From NCBI GenBank assembly GCA_051453625.1, contig JBOZIK010000001.1, positions 48,331,910 to 48,385,577 on the forward strand: a stretch of 53,668 nt of DNA. The letters run 5' to 3'. The notes beneath the pieces are model-generated. The model saw only the letters and a program-made list of their open reading frames with translations, was not told the origin of the DNA and searched no databases. The position numbers were made by a program, and so were the translations under genes. Source of the stretch: Welwitschia mirabilis. Its lineage: Eukaryota. Shown piece by piece: positions 35,350 to 49,789 of the stretch (the stretch's first letter is position 1; each line of letters opens with the position of its first letter).

Positions 35350-38300
35350 AAAGATGTAATAAAAATGAGCTGAATTCTATTACTTGAAATGCATAATAAC
35401 ATGTTTCATATCTCTTGACTAGATATGTTTCATTACAACAAAATAAATTACTGGTCTTCATTTGTTTAATAAACTTATTAATAACTTGAAACGAAGCATA
35501 CCAACTATTCAAAGCTACTTCATGAATAATCATGTCTTTTTATATAATTTATAGACTAGACTATGCTACATTAAATGTGTAAAATCTAGTTGAACTTATT
35601 CATTCCAAATTTATTCATAATTGACATTATCTAAGGAGTATTTCATCTAATTATAATTTTTATGTTTCTTATTTTTGTTTTGTATTTTATTAATTTATCT
35701 TATACTTTATTTTGTTTTTACATAAACTCTTAATAGATATGAAAGTATAGCTATGAATTCAACATGATAACAGCTTACCATCTTAATAGTGGTGTAAGAC
35801 ATGAAGAACTCCATGATGATGCTATTTGTAGCTTGAAGATAAATTTCATGTCCTAATATCACTAAAGAATTAGAACACAAGAAAGGCATATGTTACCTCT
35901 GTATCCATGAATACATCATCATTATTCCTTATGAAGAACATGAAGATTAACCACTAAAACTATGGCATCTGTAAGATGAAGATGAAGGATTTTCTAGTTA
36001 AAAAAGAAATTAATGGTTACTTAGAAAAAACGATAAAGATGCATATTTAATCAAATTTATTCTAACTATAAATTTCAGTGATGAAATTTATATTTTGATC
36101 CATAATATTATTAATCTTTAAGAGCATTGTAACATCTTGTAGGATAACTTTCAATCTAAAAACAAGCTAAAGATGAATCATATAACTAATCATTAATTCA
36201 TGAATTTTTGTGATCAAGCTTGAAGATATTAAAGATATCACTTACTTAAATAAGTAAATCATTAGCTTAAAAGCACAAATTAAAAAACAAGATGATTTAG
36301 TGGATAAAGAAATGATTAAGTGCATCTTACTTCAAGCACTATCCTTCAAGTTTGACATGTTTTTTAGAGCATTAGAACATGTTGATAAATCTTATTCATT
36401 TGAATATCTAATGAAAACTTTCATTAAGCCAAAATAAAAATAAAAAGAAGAGAAGGTAAAATACTCATATGTCTTACTACATCTAAAGAATACATGAAAC
36501 AAGAAGAAAGAAAATCAAAATTTTGTAATTCTCTAATAACATGATTTATCACTCTTAAAATTACTATTTCAAGAATATAAATAATGCACAAACAAGGAAA
36601 AGCATAATAAGAAGAGTAAAGATAATAAGAAAACCAAGGACAAAAACTTTAAAATTTCAATCCTAATAGATGATATTACTATCAATATTAAAACACAACT
36701 CATGGACTTAAGAGCATCAAGTCACGTGAGTGGAAACAAGGAATATTTCATAAATCTTGAGCCTTACCCAAGCAACATCATGAAACATGTAACCATCAGT
36801 GATGAAATAAATCTAAGATAAGATTAAAGAGGAATTGTGGAGCTATAATTTCTTTCCCTAAAGAATGCCCTTAACATTTTAAACTTTAAAATGAACATAA
36901 TATTAGTTTTATTTTTAGTTCAAGATGTCTACAAATTTAAATTTAACAAAGGGAAAGATAAGTTATGTTGTAATATCAAAAAAGAGAAAAAAGAACATTA
37001 AAGTAATTTAGGTTAGTGGAATATTCTTATTATAAGTGAAAAGACCCAATGATAAAGATTTTTTTTTCAACTATTAAAATAAATGAAGAAATACTTTGGA
37101 ATTAAATATTAGGGAATAGAAACTTTAAAGTTCTTAATAAACTAAACTAAGTTAGTGAAGAAGTTCCCAAATTCAAAACTCAAAAATTGGACTATGAAGC
37201 TCATCATAGGGTAAAAATAAATATTAAGCACTTTTAAAAACATAGAAGTAATAGAGTAGATATGTATCTTAAACTAATCCATAGTAACTTATATGAACCA
37301 GTACTATTTTCATCCCTGAAATGACAAAACTATTTTCTCACTTTCATTGATAACTATAGTAGGATGTTGTATACTTTCTATGAAGCAAGTCTCATACCAT
37401 TCATGCTTTTAGAGTGTTTCATGCACTACTAGATAGGAAATTAGAACTAGAAATTAAAAATAATAGGATAGACGAACAAGGATAATACATGCTAAATGAG
37501 TTTTATGATGAACTTGAGAAGGTTAAAAGTTAACATGAAGTAACTCCATCATACATACCTTATCTCAATGAAGTATCTAAAAGAGAAAAATAGAACCATC
37601 ATGAAGATGACCAAAATAATGCTATAAAAGACATGGATTTAGGAGATATTTATATTCAAATAATATCTCCTACTATAGCTCTAAATGAAGATTTGCTAAT
37701 ATGAAAATCATTTGAAAAGGTGGTATCCTATAATCACCTTAGAACTTTTAGAAGAAAGAATTTTATATAAATGACATAATAATTAAAGAAACTATAAAAT
37801 AAATCCAAAACTTGTCTCATATATGGTTATTCTAAAGAGAATAAGGCTTGCTAAGTGTGGAACTCAATGTTCAAAAGAGTCATTATAATCTAAGATATTA
37901 TATTTGATGAAATAACAAAAATTGATAACCTTGATTTGTCCACATCATTTGATATCTTGAGTTTTATCAAGAAAGCGTTAATAGATATTCTTGATGAAAC
38001 TACAAGTTAAATTTAGATGAATTAGATTTTAAATGTCTAATATTAGATTCTCAAGTTATTAAGACAATGAATCACATTGATGGTAAAGAGATAACTATTT
38101 TTATCATAGAAGAATTTGATAAATAAACCCTATATAAAATAATAAAAAAAATTCCTATTGGGTAAGATGAGTTTGTGATTCATTGCATAATGACAAGAGA
38201 GTTCTAATAGAATAAAACCAAATTAATGGATATTATAAGTTTGTGATTCATTACACAATGATGAGAGAATTCAAATAGAATAAAACTAAACTAAACCATA

Positions 38301-40212
38301 TAAAATAATTGAGCCTCTATTTTTACTATCAATAAAATAAGTAATGAAGACATAGCTATTCTAAAATATCCCCTTAAAAATTAACATTAGAAAAAAGTAA
38401 TGTAGGAGAAGTATGACATGATCATGAAGAATTAAACTTGGAATCTCATCAAAACAACAATAAAGTAATGGATATGAATTAAATGTTCTATATCAAATAC
38501 AAGAAATATAGTATAATCAACCTATACAAGACTAGATTTTTTATCAAAGATTTTTTAAAAAACAAAGAATTGATTATAACAAAAAATTTGCACCTAGAGC
38601 AAAGATTCATACAATATGAATCATTCTTTATTTGATAATTTAGTATAGCTAGAACTTCTCCTAGCTTGACATCAAATTCACATTCCTAAATGAAGATCTT
38701 AAAAAAGAAATTTACATAACTGAAGCTAACGTATTTAAAATTAGACTTCTCAAAATAAAAGTCTACAAACTAATAAAATATCTATATGTCCTAATATAAA
38801 CTCCACAAGTATGATTTGAAAAATGAATGGATTTCTTAAGAATCTAATTTTTAAGAAGTCCTTTCTAAACATAACCCTCAAATAGAGTAGTAATACTTTT
38901 ATTTATGTTAATGAGATAGTATTAATAAGGGAGCATTAAAAAGAGATTAAGGAAATTGGGAATTCCTTTAATTAAAAAAATTTTAAATACATAACTTTAA
39001 TATCTCAAGTATTTTCTAAGCTTTTAAATATTAAAAAGAAATTAAACACTAAAAATATTTCATAAAAAATGTCAAGTTAGAGGATTGTTAGTGATGAAAC
39101 AATTCCATGGAATGAAGTACAAAGGTAAATCCTCATGAAGTTGTAGAAATAATTGATTCCATTAAGTGATAATAGGTAATATGATATATCTAATGAAAAT
39201 AAGATTACATATTATGTTGTCTATTAACAAACTCTCTAGACTTATGCATTGTATAAACAAAATACACATGAGTTTGGTGATCAAAATATTAGTATGCTTA
39301 GCTAAGATAAGAAGACATGGCATAATATTTAGAAAAGATAAAGAAAGCCTACTTAATTAATAAATTTACATTGGATTAGTTCCCAAGATGGTAAATCAAA
39401 AATAGGTTATGTAGTTCAACTAAATGGAAACATTATTTTTTGGTTAAGCTAGAAATAGAAGACAACAACACTTTCTTCATTAAAGTAAAATATATTATAG
39501 CAACAACTCTATGTTCTTAATTAAAATGAATTCATTAAATCCTAGGTGATCTTAAAAAAGAAGTACAAATTTATATTCCCATCAATTATGATATTAAAGT
39601 AGAATTAAATGAGTAAAGAATCTTATATTTCACAAAAGATCAAAGCATGTCATAGTATTAAGTTCTAATACAGTAGAGAGTTATAAGGATTCATCCATTT
39701 AAGCTATATCATTCATGCAAGCTATGTAATTGCCTTGTGGAAAATACCATATGAAATCATAAAGCTTATTAGAAAAAGCAACTTTTAGTAGTTTGTGAAA
39801 GCTCTACAAATCAAAGAACACTACCTAGAAGTTTGACAGAGTGTGTTGGATAAGATGTATTAATAATAAAACATAATATATAATATGTTTTGTATCTCTT
39901 AACTAAATATGTTTCATTACAATAAAATAAATTAATGATCTTTATTTATTTAATAGATTAGTCAATTACTCTAAATGATCATTATAACTATTTAAAGTTT
40001 CTTCATGAAGAGTCATGTCTTTTTGTATATTGTAGAAATTATACTCTATCATATCAAATGTGTGTAATCCAATTATAATTTTTTCATTTCTAATTTATTC
40101 ATAGTTATATAGAATGTATCATTTTATTATAATTTGTACATTTTTCTATTTTTATTTCATGTTTCATAATGTCTTTCTACATTCTATTTTTCTTTCATAA
40201 AAAGTCTCAACA
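35350..40212 (+). mobile_element. Element E: Ty1/copia LTR retrotransposon with short LTRs, heavily decayed (5' boundary approximate)
   Basis: LTRs ~35350-35735 and 39844-40212 (TGTTG...CAACA). Copia domain order PR-INT-RT-RH. Confidence 0.9.
35900..39815 (+). pseudogene. pol: Copia gag-pol remnant
   Basis: PR LMDLRASSHVSGNK (~36700); INT LKLIHSNLYEP, YFLTFIDNYSR, DIIFDE; RT N*TWNL, LDIKFTFLNEDL, VYKLIKYLY, IYVNEI; RH FWLS*K*KTTTLSS, FHKRSKHV. Confidence 0.9.
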
Positions 40213-41543
40213 ACTTAAGATTTACTATAAAGAAAATTAAAGTATAAGATAGAAAAGGATTTTCAATGAAACAAGCTATAAACTCGCCTTTTAACATAGA
40301 AATTATCCAAATTTATAATAGGATTTATAATGATATTCAATCAAAAATACAAATGTGATTAATATTAAACTTAATGTGGAGGGGTAGAATATGGAATGAG
40401 AATCATTTTAATACTAATTTGGGTTGGTAGCTTCTTATCATTTCTTTTAAAGAATTATCACTAATTCTATTGTAAAGCTGTAACCTATGGATAAGATTTT
40501 CTATCTTATCATTAATTTATTGCTAGTAGTTGGATATTCTATCATTAAGCAATGAAAAAGGTTTAGATTAATTTTGGCTTTTCTAATTTTTATTACTAAG
40601 TGATAGTAGTGGATTATAAAATTTAGATATTTTCTATTTTTATTAAGTGCTAAAGTATTCAACACTCTCATTGAATAATATATGTCATCTCCCCTTCACA
40701 TGATGAGAAGTCTATTAAAGCAATAAAATTTATTTCATTGTCATTAAGCAATATGTATAGTTTTACTTTATTGTATATTTGTCACTCTATGATAAGGCTA
40801 TTGCATTATTAAATACATGTTATTAGCTTATTTTCTACCAATAATCTAGTAAGAATGAAAATTTGAACAAAAAAAAAAGATCTTAAGATATTAAAAAAAT
40901 TTCATTAAAGATGCCAAATCATTATATTTTTTATCAATATGCGAAATGTCCCAAATGATATCCAATTAACATTAATTTAATAGATAAAGTATGATAAAAT
41001 TATCCTAGATATAAATTTTATAATTGTATCATGACTCACTTCTTGTGTTGCGATAGTTCCTTAGCACATGATTTATTCTTAACAAAAACGATAAGCTTCT
41101 GTAATCATTATCATGTAATAAGGATATCAAGTTATGTCTTTTATATTTTAAACTCATAATACCCCATGTGAAAAAACACATATTAATTAATAGGAGTTTA
41201 GGAATAATCTGTAAGAATGGATGTTAAAAAGGTTTGAGGTTTTCTATTAATAAATTCTAAAAGATAAATAAGTCATATATTATACATTTGAGTTTAGATA
41301 TTACATTTTTGAAAATCATAACATATGATACAAAAAGAGTCCAAACTCAAAAACAATGCAAGATCAAATTAATTTCACAGTTTACACTTGTATTTACATT
41401 ATAAAACTTTTCGTCATGATATATAAAATCATGAAACATAGTTTCAAATACAATATGTAATGTATAAGCATCCTTGAAAAATAAAAATAAAGAATTATCT
41501 TTTAGTTAGGATTTTATCTATGAACTTTTTAGTGTAATTCCTA

Positions 41544-42086
41544 TGTTGAAAATGAGTGGCCATTTAATTTAATATGTTTAAAGGGAATCTATGTGTAAGG
41601 AATATGTTATGTTTATATGAAATATAGGTGTAAGTGATATGCTATGTTTAGAAGGAATCAAGGTCTAAGGAATATGCTGTGCTTAGATATTATTTATGGT
41701 AAAATGTGTAAGAGGCTAATATTAGATAATTTGGTCATTGTTAAGATTTCTATTAAATCCTTATAAATAAGAGGAAGTGTTGAGATGAAAAGTATTCTTT
41801 GGAAGTTAGAGTTGAGAAGGGAGAAGTATTTTCTCTTAAATAATATTAAGCATCAAAGTGATTATAGTAGTAGAAATCTAGGATGATACATTTTGTGCCA
41901 ATATTGAAGAGAGCTCATAGAAACTATACTTGATGTGATCTTAGTTTGTAAGCTTGTAATTTTGGACCATTCATATAAAGTAATTATTTAATTTTCTTTA
42001 ATAATTTATTTCTTATGTCTTTCTTATTTTTTTCTATTCCTCACTTGATAAACAATTTCAAAAGTGTTCTTGGGGTTTTTTCTACA
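41544..42086 (+). repeat. Probable solo LTR
   Basis: TGTTG start, GGGGTTTTTTCTACA end, TATA CCTTATAAATAAG near 41759. The flanks match only 3/5 (TCCTA/TTCGA). Confidence 0.5.
41574..41678 (+). repeat. 35-bp degenerate tandem repeat x3
   Basis: ATGTTTA..G.AAT....TGTAAG..ATATG.T units at 41574, 41609 and 41644. Confidence 0.8.
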
Positions 42087-42097
42087 TTCGATCTACA

Positions 42098-42257
42098 TTA
42101 TGAAATTCCTAGAAAGGGGTGAATAAGAATAATGATAAATTTAAAATCAAAAAACCTATTCTTAAATGAAATTAATTAGCTTTACATATGAAAACTAAAT
42201 CTCAAAAAAATAGCAAAACAGAAAAATAATTAGCTCACAAGATTTATAGTGGTCTGG
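42098..42257 (-). repeat. Sirevirus-type LTR 3'-end fragment, interrupted by element F
   Basis: CTAGAAAGGGGTGAATAAG at 42109-42127 is the reverse of the SIRE-type ATTCACCCC..TCTAG motif. Confidence 0.6.
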
Positions 42258-42820
42258 TGTTGCAGTGTGAATTTATGCAATCCTAAAGTCATTTAGGTAA
42301 ACTTGTGAATCAAATAACTTACAGAAAACACACTCTAGTATAGAAGGGAGTTCACCGAATGTCATAATCCCAATAAAGGCAGTAGGCTCAAAGCTATAAA
42401 ATTGATTTCCAAAGGTATTTTTAGTCTTTTATCTTATAAAAGCTAAAAGGAAATAAACATGTAAATGCAATGCAAATGAATGGATATGAAATGTAATGAA
42501 TTGAAACAAAAATGGATTCTATTTAGATCTTAGTCCTTCTATCACAAGGACTACCTTCTCTATAAATTATATCAATTAAGAGTAGTTTCTAACTAGTTCT
42601 TAACCAACATAAACTATGAGATCTATCAAAGTAAGATATGAAATGCAATATGAATTGGAATAAAAAAGTAATGTAAATCTACTACTAACCAAGGTTAACT
42701 TTAACAAAGGTTACCCTTATGATCTAGATAAATTACATAGTTATCACAATAAACTATGATCAATGTAAACCATAAGGGACATTCACAGAATTGAAATGAA
42801 GAGAGACATTGTATTAATTT
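42258..42820 (-). repeat. Element F 3' LTR (visible part; the rest lies in gap 42821-43725)
   Basis: Colinear with 52174-52736. Confidence 0.9.
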
Positions 42821-45434
42821 NNNNNNNNNNNNNNNNNNNNNNNNNNNNNNNNNNNNNNNNNNNNNNNNNNNNNNNNNNNNNNNNNNNNNNNNNNNNNNNN
42901 NNNNNNNNNNNNNNNNNNNNNNNNNNNNNNNNNNNNNNNNNNNNNNNNNNNNNNNNNNNNNNNNNNNNNNNNNNNNNNNNNNNNNNNNNNNNNNNNNNNN
43001 NNNNNNNNNNNNNNNNNNNNNNNNNNNNNNNNNNNNNNNNNNNNNNNNNNNNNNNNNNNNNNNNNNNNNNNNNNNNNNNNNNNNNNNNNNNNNNNNNNNN
43101 NNNNNNNNNNNNNNNNNNNNNNNNNNNNNNNNNNNNNNNNNNNNNNNNNNNNNNNNNNNNNNNNNNNNNNNNNNNNNNNNNNNNNNNNNNNNNNNNNNNN
43201 NNNNNNNNNNNNNNNNNNNNNNNNNNNNNNNNNNNNNNNNNNNNNNNNNNNNNNNNNNNNNNNNNNNNNNNNNNNNNNNNNNNNNNNNNNNNNNNNNNNN
43301 NNNNNNNNNNNNNNNNNNNNNNNNNNNNNNNNNNNNNNNNNNNNNNNNNNNNNNNNNNNNNNNNNNNNNNNNNNNNNNNNNNNNNNNNNNNNNNNNNNNN
43401 NNNNNNNNNNNNNNNNNNNNNNNNNNNNNNNNNNNNNNNNNNNNNNNNNNNNNNNNNNNNNNNNNNNNNNNNNNNNNNNNNNNNNNNNNNNNNNNNNNNN
43501 NNNNNNNNNNNNNNNNNNNNNNNNNNNNNNNNNNNNNNNNNNNNNNNNNNNNNNNNNNNNNNNNNNNNNNNNNNNNNNNNNNNNNNNNNNNNNNNNNNNN
43601 NNNNNNNNNNNNNNNNNNNNNNNNNNNNNNNNNNNNNNNNNNNNNNNNNNNNNNNNNNNNNNNNNNNNNNNNNNNNNNNNNNNNNNNNNNNNNNNNNNNN
43701 NNNNNNNNNNNNNNNNNNNNNNNNNTTAGTTAAATCATGTAAGAAAATGATATCATTAACATGTAATTGATACAAATGCTGAAAAATTTTTCTAGGACCC
43801 CTACTTAAGCATGTCACTATAGAAGGCCACACATATATAAAAATCATAAAAATGTAACTTTGATGGCTTATGAAATGAAATTATGTATGCATATTATAGC
43901 AACAGTGATAATGGACTATTGTGATAGGCTAAAGTAGTGTTATCTTTCAGAAAATGATGTTTTCAAATTTCATAGTGTCATCAAAAAAAAAACAAAGAAT
44001 TAGAGTAGATATAGCACATTTTAGATGATCTAAAAAACAGGGATATGGAAAAATGTGTGAGTGTACTGCTGTATCCTATAAGATAAAGTTCATGAATTCT
44101 CCAAAAATTTATTCAAATAATATGAAAACTCATCCAAATAACCCATCATAAAGTTAGATTATGAAATCTTAGAAATTAAAAAATTTATGCTGATAAGTAT
44201 AGACTAACACCCAGAAGATGTCCTCCTCCCTCCCATCCTCACCCTAACCCACACAAGGGANNNNNNNNNNNNNNNNNNNNNNNNNNNNNNNNNNNNNNNN
44301 NNNNNNNNNNNNNNNNNNNNNNNNNNNNNNNNNNNNNNNNNNNNNNNNNNNNNNNNNNNNCTAACCCACACAAGGGAAGTAAGACATCCTAGATTACATT
44401 AGGAATAAAGGAGGAGTGTCATCCCCTCTATCATTGGGAGAACAAACATGGGATAATAGTTATTAAATCAGCTATTTAAAGAAGAAGGTAAAGCCAAAAA
44501 AATCTAGAAAACCAGAAACTCAGAAAAACAACAAAAAGAAGATAGAAAACAAGGAAAAAGTGAAGAAACATCCTAAAAAGCAACCTCATGGTGAAGAAGG
44601 AAAAAGTAATAGTAGAAGAAAAATGCACTAAATGGGATGAAACAATGCTCAAAGACTTCTAAAATATGCCCAAACACAAGGAAAACTAAAATTCATCAAA
44701 TCATGAAAAACTGTCAGAAAGAAAACAATAATCCTCTAGGAAGAAATTATGCATAAATAACAAGAAACTAGAAAATGATTAGATCCATAATATGATTCTA
44801 AAAAAGTATAAAAAATGACTTTGAAAATCTAATAAACTAACTAAAAAAACAAAAATAAAAATGGACAATTAAGGACATGAAGAAGATTGCTTTCTTACCC
44901 TAAATGCTATCCTAAAAAATTCTCTTAGCAACAATCATAAAATCACTTAATAAGGATGCATGACATAATACAAAATTCATAAAGTTTCAATTGAATAGGC
45001 AATGATTATGACAATGTCAAGTATGCTAATGTTATCAAATAATAAATGATAAAATAAAAGATATTTTAAAATAAGAACTTACAAGATACCATATCAAAAA
45101 AAATACTAGAATCTATAAAGTAGAGTGATCATGTGAAAGTACTAAAAATAAATGGAGAAAAATAAGTCTAGAAAACAAGCAATACCTCTAATGACATCAG
45201 GGACATCACTGATCTTATAGCCTTGAAATGCAATTTATCTTCCATGATGAGGGGAATGCAACCACTATCAGAGGAGTAAGGACCCATATAGCATGAATAG
45301 CTTACCCCNNNNNNNNNNNNNNNNNNNNNNNNNNNNNNNNNNNNNNNNNNNNNNNNNNNNNNNNNNNNNNNNNNNNNNNNNNNNNNNNNNNNNNNNNNNN
45401 NNNNNNNNNNNNNNNNNNNNNNNAAAGATCATAG

Positions 45435-45476
45435 TTCTTCTTCTTCTTCTTCTTCTTCTTCTTCTTCTTCTTCTTC

Positions 45477-45526
<50 letters not shown>

Positions 45527-45530
45527 TTCT
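45435..45530. repeat. Compound microsatellite (TTC)14 + (TC)n
   Basis: Read directly from the sequence. Confidence 0.95.
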
Positions 45531-45964
45531 TTTAAGTAGCATTCCATAGTACCAAGTACTTGTAAGGATAAAAGTGAAGGAACGAAATTAGTAACAAAGT
45601 AAGATCATGGAAAAATAACTAATTTACTCACATCATTAAAAGAAAATAAAGAACTTAGGCATATTCCNNNNNNNNNNNNNNNNNNNNNNNNNNNNNNNNN
45701 NNNNNNNNNNNNNNNNNNNNNNNNNNNNNNNNNNNNNNNNNNNNNNNNNNNNNNNNNNNNNNNNNNNNNNNNNNNNNNNNNNNNNNNNNNNNNNNNNNNN
45801 NNNNNNNNNNNNNNNNNNNNNNNNNNNNNNNNNNNNNNNNNNNNNNNNNNNNNNNNNNNNNNNNNNNNNNNNNNNNNNNNNNNNNNNNNNNNNNNNNNNN
45901 NNNNNNNNNNNNNNNNNNNNNNNNNNNNNNNNNNNNNNNNNNNNNNNNNNNNNNNNNNNNNNNN

Positions 45965-48900
45965 TTAACCTTTTAGATTTCTCTAGTATTTAGATTGGAG
46001 ATTTCAACTGAGTCATTTGAGTATACTTTTTCTATAAGATAAGGATCTAATCATTTAGAAGTTAACTTGTTGTGTAAGAGGTATACTTTGATGTTATACA
46101 AAAGGATAAGTTAACCTCATTTAAAATTTTATAAATAATCATTTTATCATGTATAAACTTGACTTGAGTTTTATGAATGAGTTGATGATGTAAGACATGA
46201 GTACATTTTTTATCTAAATGTTCCAGTTGAGCTAGTGAAATTTTAATATTTTCATTCAAGTCAACAAGGTTAACTTGATGAGTGGAGTGATAATAATTAT
46301 AGCAAACATCAACTAGTAACACACATACTTTTTCATACACAAGTTTATAGAGTGAGAAACCTGGAGAGTTATGTCAAGTAGTACAGTAAGCCAAAAGAAC
46401 ATCATTAAGTTTAGAAGACCAAGTTTTATTATTGACAGAGACTAATTTTTGAAGCATTTTTTTTATTTTTCTATTTTATTTTCAGTTTAACCATTGATTT
46501 AAAGATGATAGGCATAAGCAATTCTATGTTCAGCACCAATGGATAAAAGAAGTTTTCGAAAGAGGTGATTAATGAAATGAGTTTCTTGATCATTAATGAT
46601 AATGTGTGGAAAACCAAATCATTGAAAATATGTGTTTGAAAAAAGTTACAAATAGTTTGGGCATCATTTTTTATAGTAGAAACAACTTCAACCCACTTAG
46701 TAACATAATCCACAGTGAAAAGAATATAATTTTTCTCATTACAAGGTGGTGTAATTGGGCTTATAAAGTTAATTCCCCAATAATCAAAAGGTTCACATTT
46801 AAGTATGGGTTTGAGGGAATATCATGAGAACAAATTAGGTCACCATAGCATTGACATGCATCACACTTCCTAAAAAGTTAAATGAGTCTTTGAAAAGAGT
46901 AGGCCAATAAAAACTAGAGTAGAGAATTTTCATGGCAGTCTTTTCACCACTAAAGTGTCCTCTAGATACACGACCATGGCAAAATTCTAAGATTTCTAAG
47001 GTTTCCCATTTAGGTATACATTTATGCATAATTTGATCCTTGCAACATCTATAAATATGGGTTTCATTCCATTCATAGTTACTGATTCTATAGAGAAAAG
47101 TTTTGCATTAATTATGATTTCAATGCTGAGAAGTTTCTATAGTCATAAGGTAATTCACGATATCAGCATACCAAGGAGCATGATGAGAAGATGAAATAGC
47201 ATATAGTTATTTAATTACAAAGAGTTGTTCATAGGAAAAGAGTCATTAATGGGAGTTTCATCATGGGAGAAAGAGAGTCTAGAAAGATGATCAGCAACAC
47301 TGTTATGTTTTTCAGCCTTATCAATGCTGGTAAGAATAAATTCTTGCATTAGAAAGATTCACCTAATAAGTCTAGTATTTGAGTTTTTTTAGTCATAAGA
47401 TAGCGGATGGCTACATGGTCTATGTAAACATTGATATAAAAACCAAAAAGATAATGTTGAAGATTATCTAAGTAAAAGATAATAACAAGCATTTCTCTCT
47501 CAGTGGTAGTGTAGTTGGATTGGATACTTGATAAAGTTTTACTCAGTTAAGATANNNNNNNNNNNNNNNNNNNNNNNNNNNNNNNNNNNNNNNNNNNNNN
47601 NNNNNNNNNNNNNNNNNNNNNNNNNNNNNNNNNNNNNNNNNNNNNNNNNNNNNNNNNNNNNNNNNNNNNNNNNNNNNNNNNNNNNNNNNNNNNNNNNNNN
47701 NNNNNNNNNNNNNNNNNNNNNNNNNNNNNNNNNNNNNNNNNNNNNNNNNNNNNNNNNNNNNNNNNNNNNNNNNNNNNNNNNNNNNNNNNNNNNNNNNNNN
47801 NNNNNNNNNNNNNNNNNNNNNNNNNNNNNNNNNNNNNNNNNNNNNNNNNNNNNNNNNNNNNNNNNNNNNNNNNNNNNNNNNNNNNNNNNNNNNNNNNNNN
47901 NNNNNNNNNNNNNNNNNNNNNNNNNNNNNNNNNNNNNNNNNNNNNNNNNNNNNNNNNNNNNNNNNNNNNNNNNNNNNNNNNNNNNNNNNNNNNNNNNNNN
48001 NNNNNNNNNNNNNNNNNNNNNNNNNNNNNNNNNNNNNNNNNNNNNNNNNNNNNNNNNNNNNNNNNNNNNNNNNNNNNNNNNNNNNNNNNNNNNNNNNNNN
48101 NNNNNNNNNNNNNNNNNNNNNNNNNNNNNNNNNNNNNNNNNNNNNNNNNNNNNNNNNNNNNNNNNNNNNNNNNNNNNNNNNNNNNNNNNNNNNNNNNNNN
48201 NNNNNNNNNNNNNNNNNNNNNNNNNNNNNNNNNNNNNNNNNNNNNNNNNNNNNNNNNNNNNNNNNNNNNNNNNNNNNNNNNNNNNNNNNNNNNNNNNNNN
48301 NNNNNNNNNNNNNNNNNNNNNNNNNNNNNNNNNNNNNNNNNNNNNNNNNNNNNNNNNNNNNNNNNNNNNNNNNNNNNNNNNNNNNNNNNNNNNNNNNNNN
48401 NNNNNNNNNNNNNNNNNNNNNNNTTAGATATGGCATATATAATTATAGCATCCATAAATTTAATGACTTCATCTTTGATGATTTATTTAAGGGTCAAATT
48501 TAGTCTTGTTTGGGGTTGCCTAATAGGTTTAGCATTATCTTCAAGGTAGATTTTATGTTGAACTATAGAAAGAAGAATGGCATCTAAGCCTTTATGTATC
48601 CAAGAAAAGGCATTTTTCTTTAAATTTAAGAGTGATATTAAATCATATTCTTGTTAAGAAGTGAGAATATCACTGATTATCAAATGTTTTATTTGATTTT
48701 CGGAAAGAAAAATGTATTTTAATCCTTGAGATAATTTCTTAAGTTCATGGTTGATATGTGAGGCTGTCGTCTCATCTATTATGTGGATGACATATGTGGG
48801 ATGATACTCTTTAAAAAGTTTTTCTATTACATAAAGATGTTGAGCTTCTTTCCATTCTATGTGTTCTTCATCCTAAAACTCAAAAGATTTTATTTCAGTG

Positions 48901-49416
48901 AGGTTATCATACAAAGTTGGTTCATGTAGCATGATTAACTCTCTTCTACTAGTTGATGTAAAAACAAGATTGGTTTCAATTCATCTTCAAAGTTAAACTC
49001 AATTTCTATGTCTTTCTCAGTAGCATTAAAAACTCTAATGGTTATTTATTTATTGTCAAAATGCTATTTCATCATCCCAGACTGTGTGTCAATGATATAA
49101 TGAGTAATTGCATAAAAGGCTCTTTCTAAAAGTAGCGGATATACTCTATCATGTTCTATCTCAATTATAACAATCTTAATGGGATAAAAAAATTTCAATT
49201 TGGATAATTAGGTCTTTGATAATTTCTAATGGTTTTTTAATTGAGGTATCAGTTAATTTCAAGATGATAGGTGTAGGTTCAACTATACTTTCTAATCTAA
49301 TTCTTTTACATATGTGAAGAGGCATGATATTTACACTTGCTCCTATGTTAATCAAAGCTTTTCGAATTCTTTTGTTTTCTTCTAAGGTAGCACTTACAGT
49401 TGCAATCATGGGGTCT
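45965..49416 (-). pseudogene. pol: Element F pol (AP, RT start, RH end, INT)
   Basis: ALINIGASVNIMP; QHKIYLEDNAKP; NYTTTEREML; DHVAIRYL; CHGRVSRGHFSGEKTAMKIL..FYWPTLFKD; DYVTKWVEVV. Confidence 0.92.
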
Positions 49417-49789
49417 NNNNNNNNNNNNNNNNNNNNNNNNNNNNNNNNNNNNNNNNNNNNNNNNNNNNNNNNNNNNNNNNNNNNNNNNNNNNNNNNNNNN
49501 NNNNNNNNNNNNNNNNNNNNNNNNNNNNNNNNNNNNNNNNNNNNNNNNNNNNNNNNNNNNNNNNNNNNNNNNNNNNNNNNNNNNNNNNNNNNNNNNNNNN
49601 NNNNNNNNNNNNNNNNNNNNNNNNNNNNNNNNNNNNNNNNNNNNNNNNNNNNNNNNNNNNNNNNNNNNNNNNNNNNNNNNNNNNNNNNNNNNNNNNNNNN
49701 NNNNNNNNNNNNNNNNNNNNNNNNNNNNNNNNNNNNNNNNNNNNNNNNNNNNNNNNNNNNNNNNNNNNNNNNNNNNTAGAATTTGAAAC

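Noticed and set aside
35736..35747. PBS and TSD for Copia element E
   Set aside because: GATATGAAAGT only loosely resembles an iMet PBS, and the 5' terminus and TSD could not be fixed.
40213..41540. Possible LINE endonuclease remnant on the - strand (GEMTY..SVEYF near 40650-40700)
   Set aside because: Similarity too weak to support by eye; needs a profile search.
45164..45224. Possible hammerhead ribozyme (retrozyme) suggested by CTGATG
   Set aside because: Reads CTGATGTC rather than CTGANGA, and I see no correctly placed GAAA core or three-way junction.
45293..45547. Poly-L/S and poly-K/ER ORFs
   Set aside because: Translations of the microsatellite.
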